From Lama glama (lineage: Eukaryota), in contig CM052816.1 in NCBI GenBank assembly GCA_028534125.1, forward strand, positions 44,580,001 through 44,644,000: DNA of 64,000 bases. Reading direction: 5' to 3'. Shown here one piece after another: positions 63,270 to 64,000 of the stretch. How positions within the stretch are numbered: position 1 is the first letter of the stretch; every line of letters begins with the position of its first letter. A program made the position numbers and the translations under genes. Below the pieces are notes generated by a model. That model was not told the DNA's origin. It was given only the letters and a program-made list of their open reading frames with translations, and ran no database searches.

Positions 63270-64000
63270 AAAAGAGCATGGAGATTTCCAGATCTAACAG
63301 AATGACAGACAAGAGTCTGGAGAATCAACCAGATAAAATTCACTGAAATAAATAATAAAAAAATAAGGAAAAATTAAAATGTAGCAAGGAATTCACCGTG
63401 GCTAAAAATTAGTGAAAAGAGAAAACCCAGGCAGCTTAACCTTTCCATGAAGTGTTTTGACAAAACCAGATTTCCTTGATTTTCCATTGATGATTGCATG
63501 GGGTCGCATGTTATGGGGAACAGGATATAAAGCTAGAGCCTAGTAAGGCGAGGAACATAAGAAGAAATCCTCTTTATCAAAGTAAGACCTCAGTGGACAC
63601 ACCATCAGTGTACTGGTAAAGTAAAAATGAAGGTGCCACAAAGAAGTGAAGAACAAGAAAAGCCAACTGTCTCAAACTTGGCACTAAGTGAAGGGAACAA
63701 ACAAACAAAATTTCTCCCCTAAGAATATGCTGTAATCATCTCTGCCCTCTAATGTGTAGTAACTGTTATCTGAAAAGCCTCATGTGGAAAATTTAATTTT
63801 AAGTTGCCCTCGTTATTATTTGAGGAACTCAGCAGAAGCAAGCATGACTCTTTGAGGAAATCAACAGAAGCAAGCATGACTCTTTTTGGAAGAATATAAT
63901 TTTAACTGAAGTAAGAATAAATTTCTAGACAAAAACCTCTAAGGTAAATAAGCAGCTTACATTTTTAAAAAATCACAAACACATAGGGAAAAAAGGCACC
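63270..64000 (+). mobile_element. Probable ancient L1 5' region (L1M/HAL1-like), running off the window edge
   Basis: aaacttggcactaagtgaagggaa...tctcccctaagaat and terminal aaaaatcacaaacacatagggaaa resemble old L1 5'UTR/ORF1-start sequence. Confidence 0.4.
63819..63882. repeat. 32-bp tandem duplication (2 copies, 2 mismatches)
   Basis: tttgaggaactcagcagaagcaagcatgactc followed by tttgaggaaatcaacagaagcaagcatgactc. Confidence 0.95.

Noticed and set aside
1..64000. CRISPR array, prokaryotic operon or defence system
   Set aside because: The sequence is mammalian. It has no regularly spaced repeat-spacer array and no gene-dense coding organisation.

Overview
AT-rich mammalian genomic DNA, almost entirely non-coding (a large intron or gene desert). 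No complete protein-coding gene, rRNA, true tRNA or CRISPR array is supportable. Nearly all ORF-track entries are chance ORFs, decayed L1 ORF2 fragments or N-gap artefacts. The window is a mosaic of ancient mammalian repeats (L2, MIR, CR1/L3, MaLR/ERVL LTRs, MER5A, MER33/Charlie1, MER53, L1MC/L1ME) and younger L1s with target-site duplications (TSDs). One tRNA-derived SINE suggests a camelid source (inference). Repeat family names come from recognition of consensus motifs, not from a database search. The most notable features are: (1) a young, apparently full-length L1 at 42.7-44.0 kb with a perfect 14-bp TSD, whose body is hidden in a 500-N gap and whose 5'UTR carries an antisense 101-codon ATG ORF followed directly by a GTGAGT splice donor; (2) a candidate minus-strand TATA/CRE promoter at 49.2-49.6 kb with two short non-coding exons around a 71-nt intron; (3) a few candidate minus-strand exons and repeat-poor, motif-dense stretches that resemble enhancers. 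I could not identify the host gene, and I found no convincing wholly new biological system.
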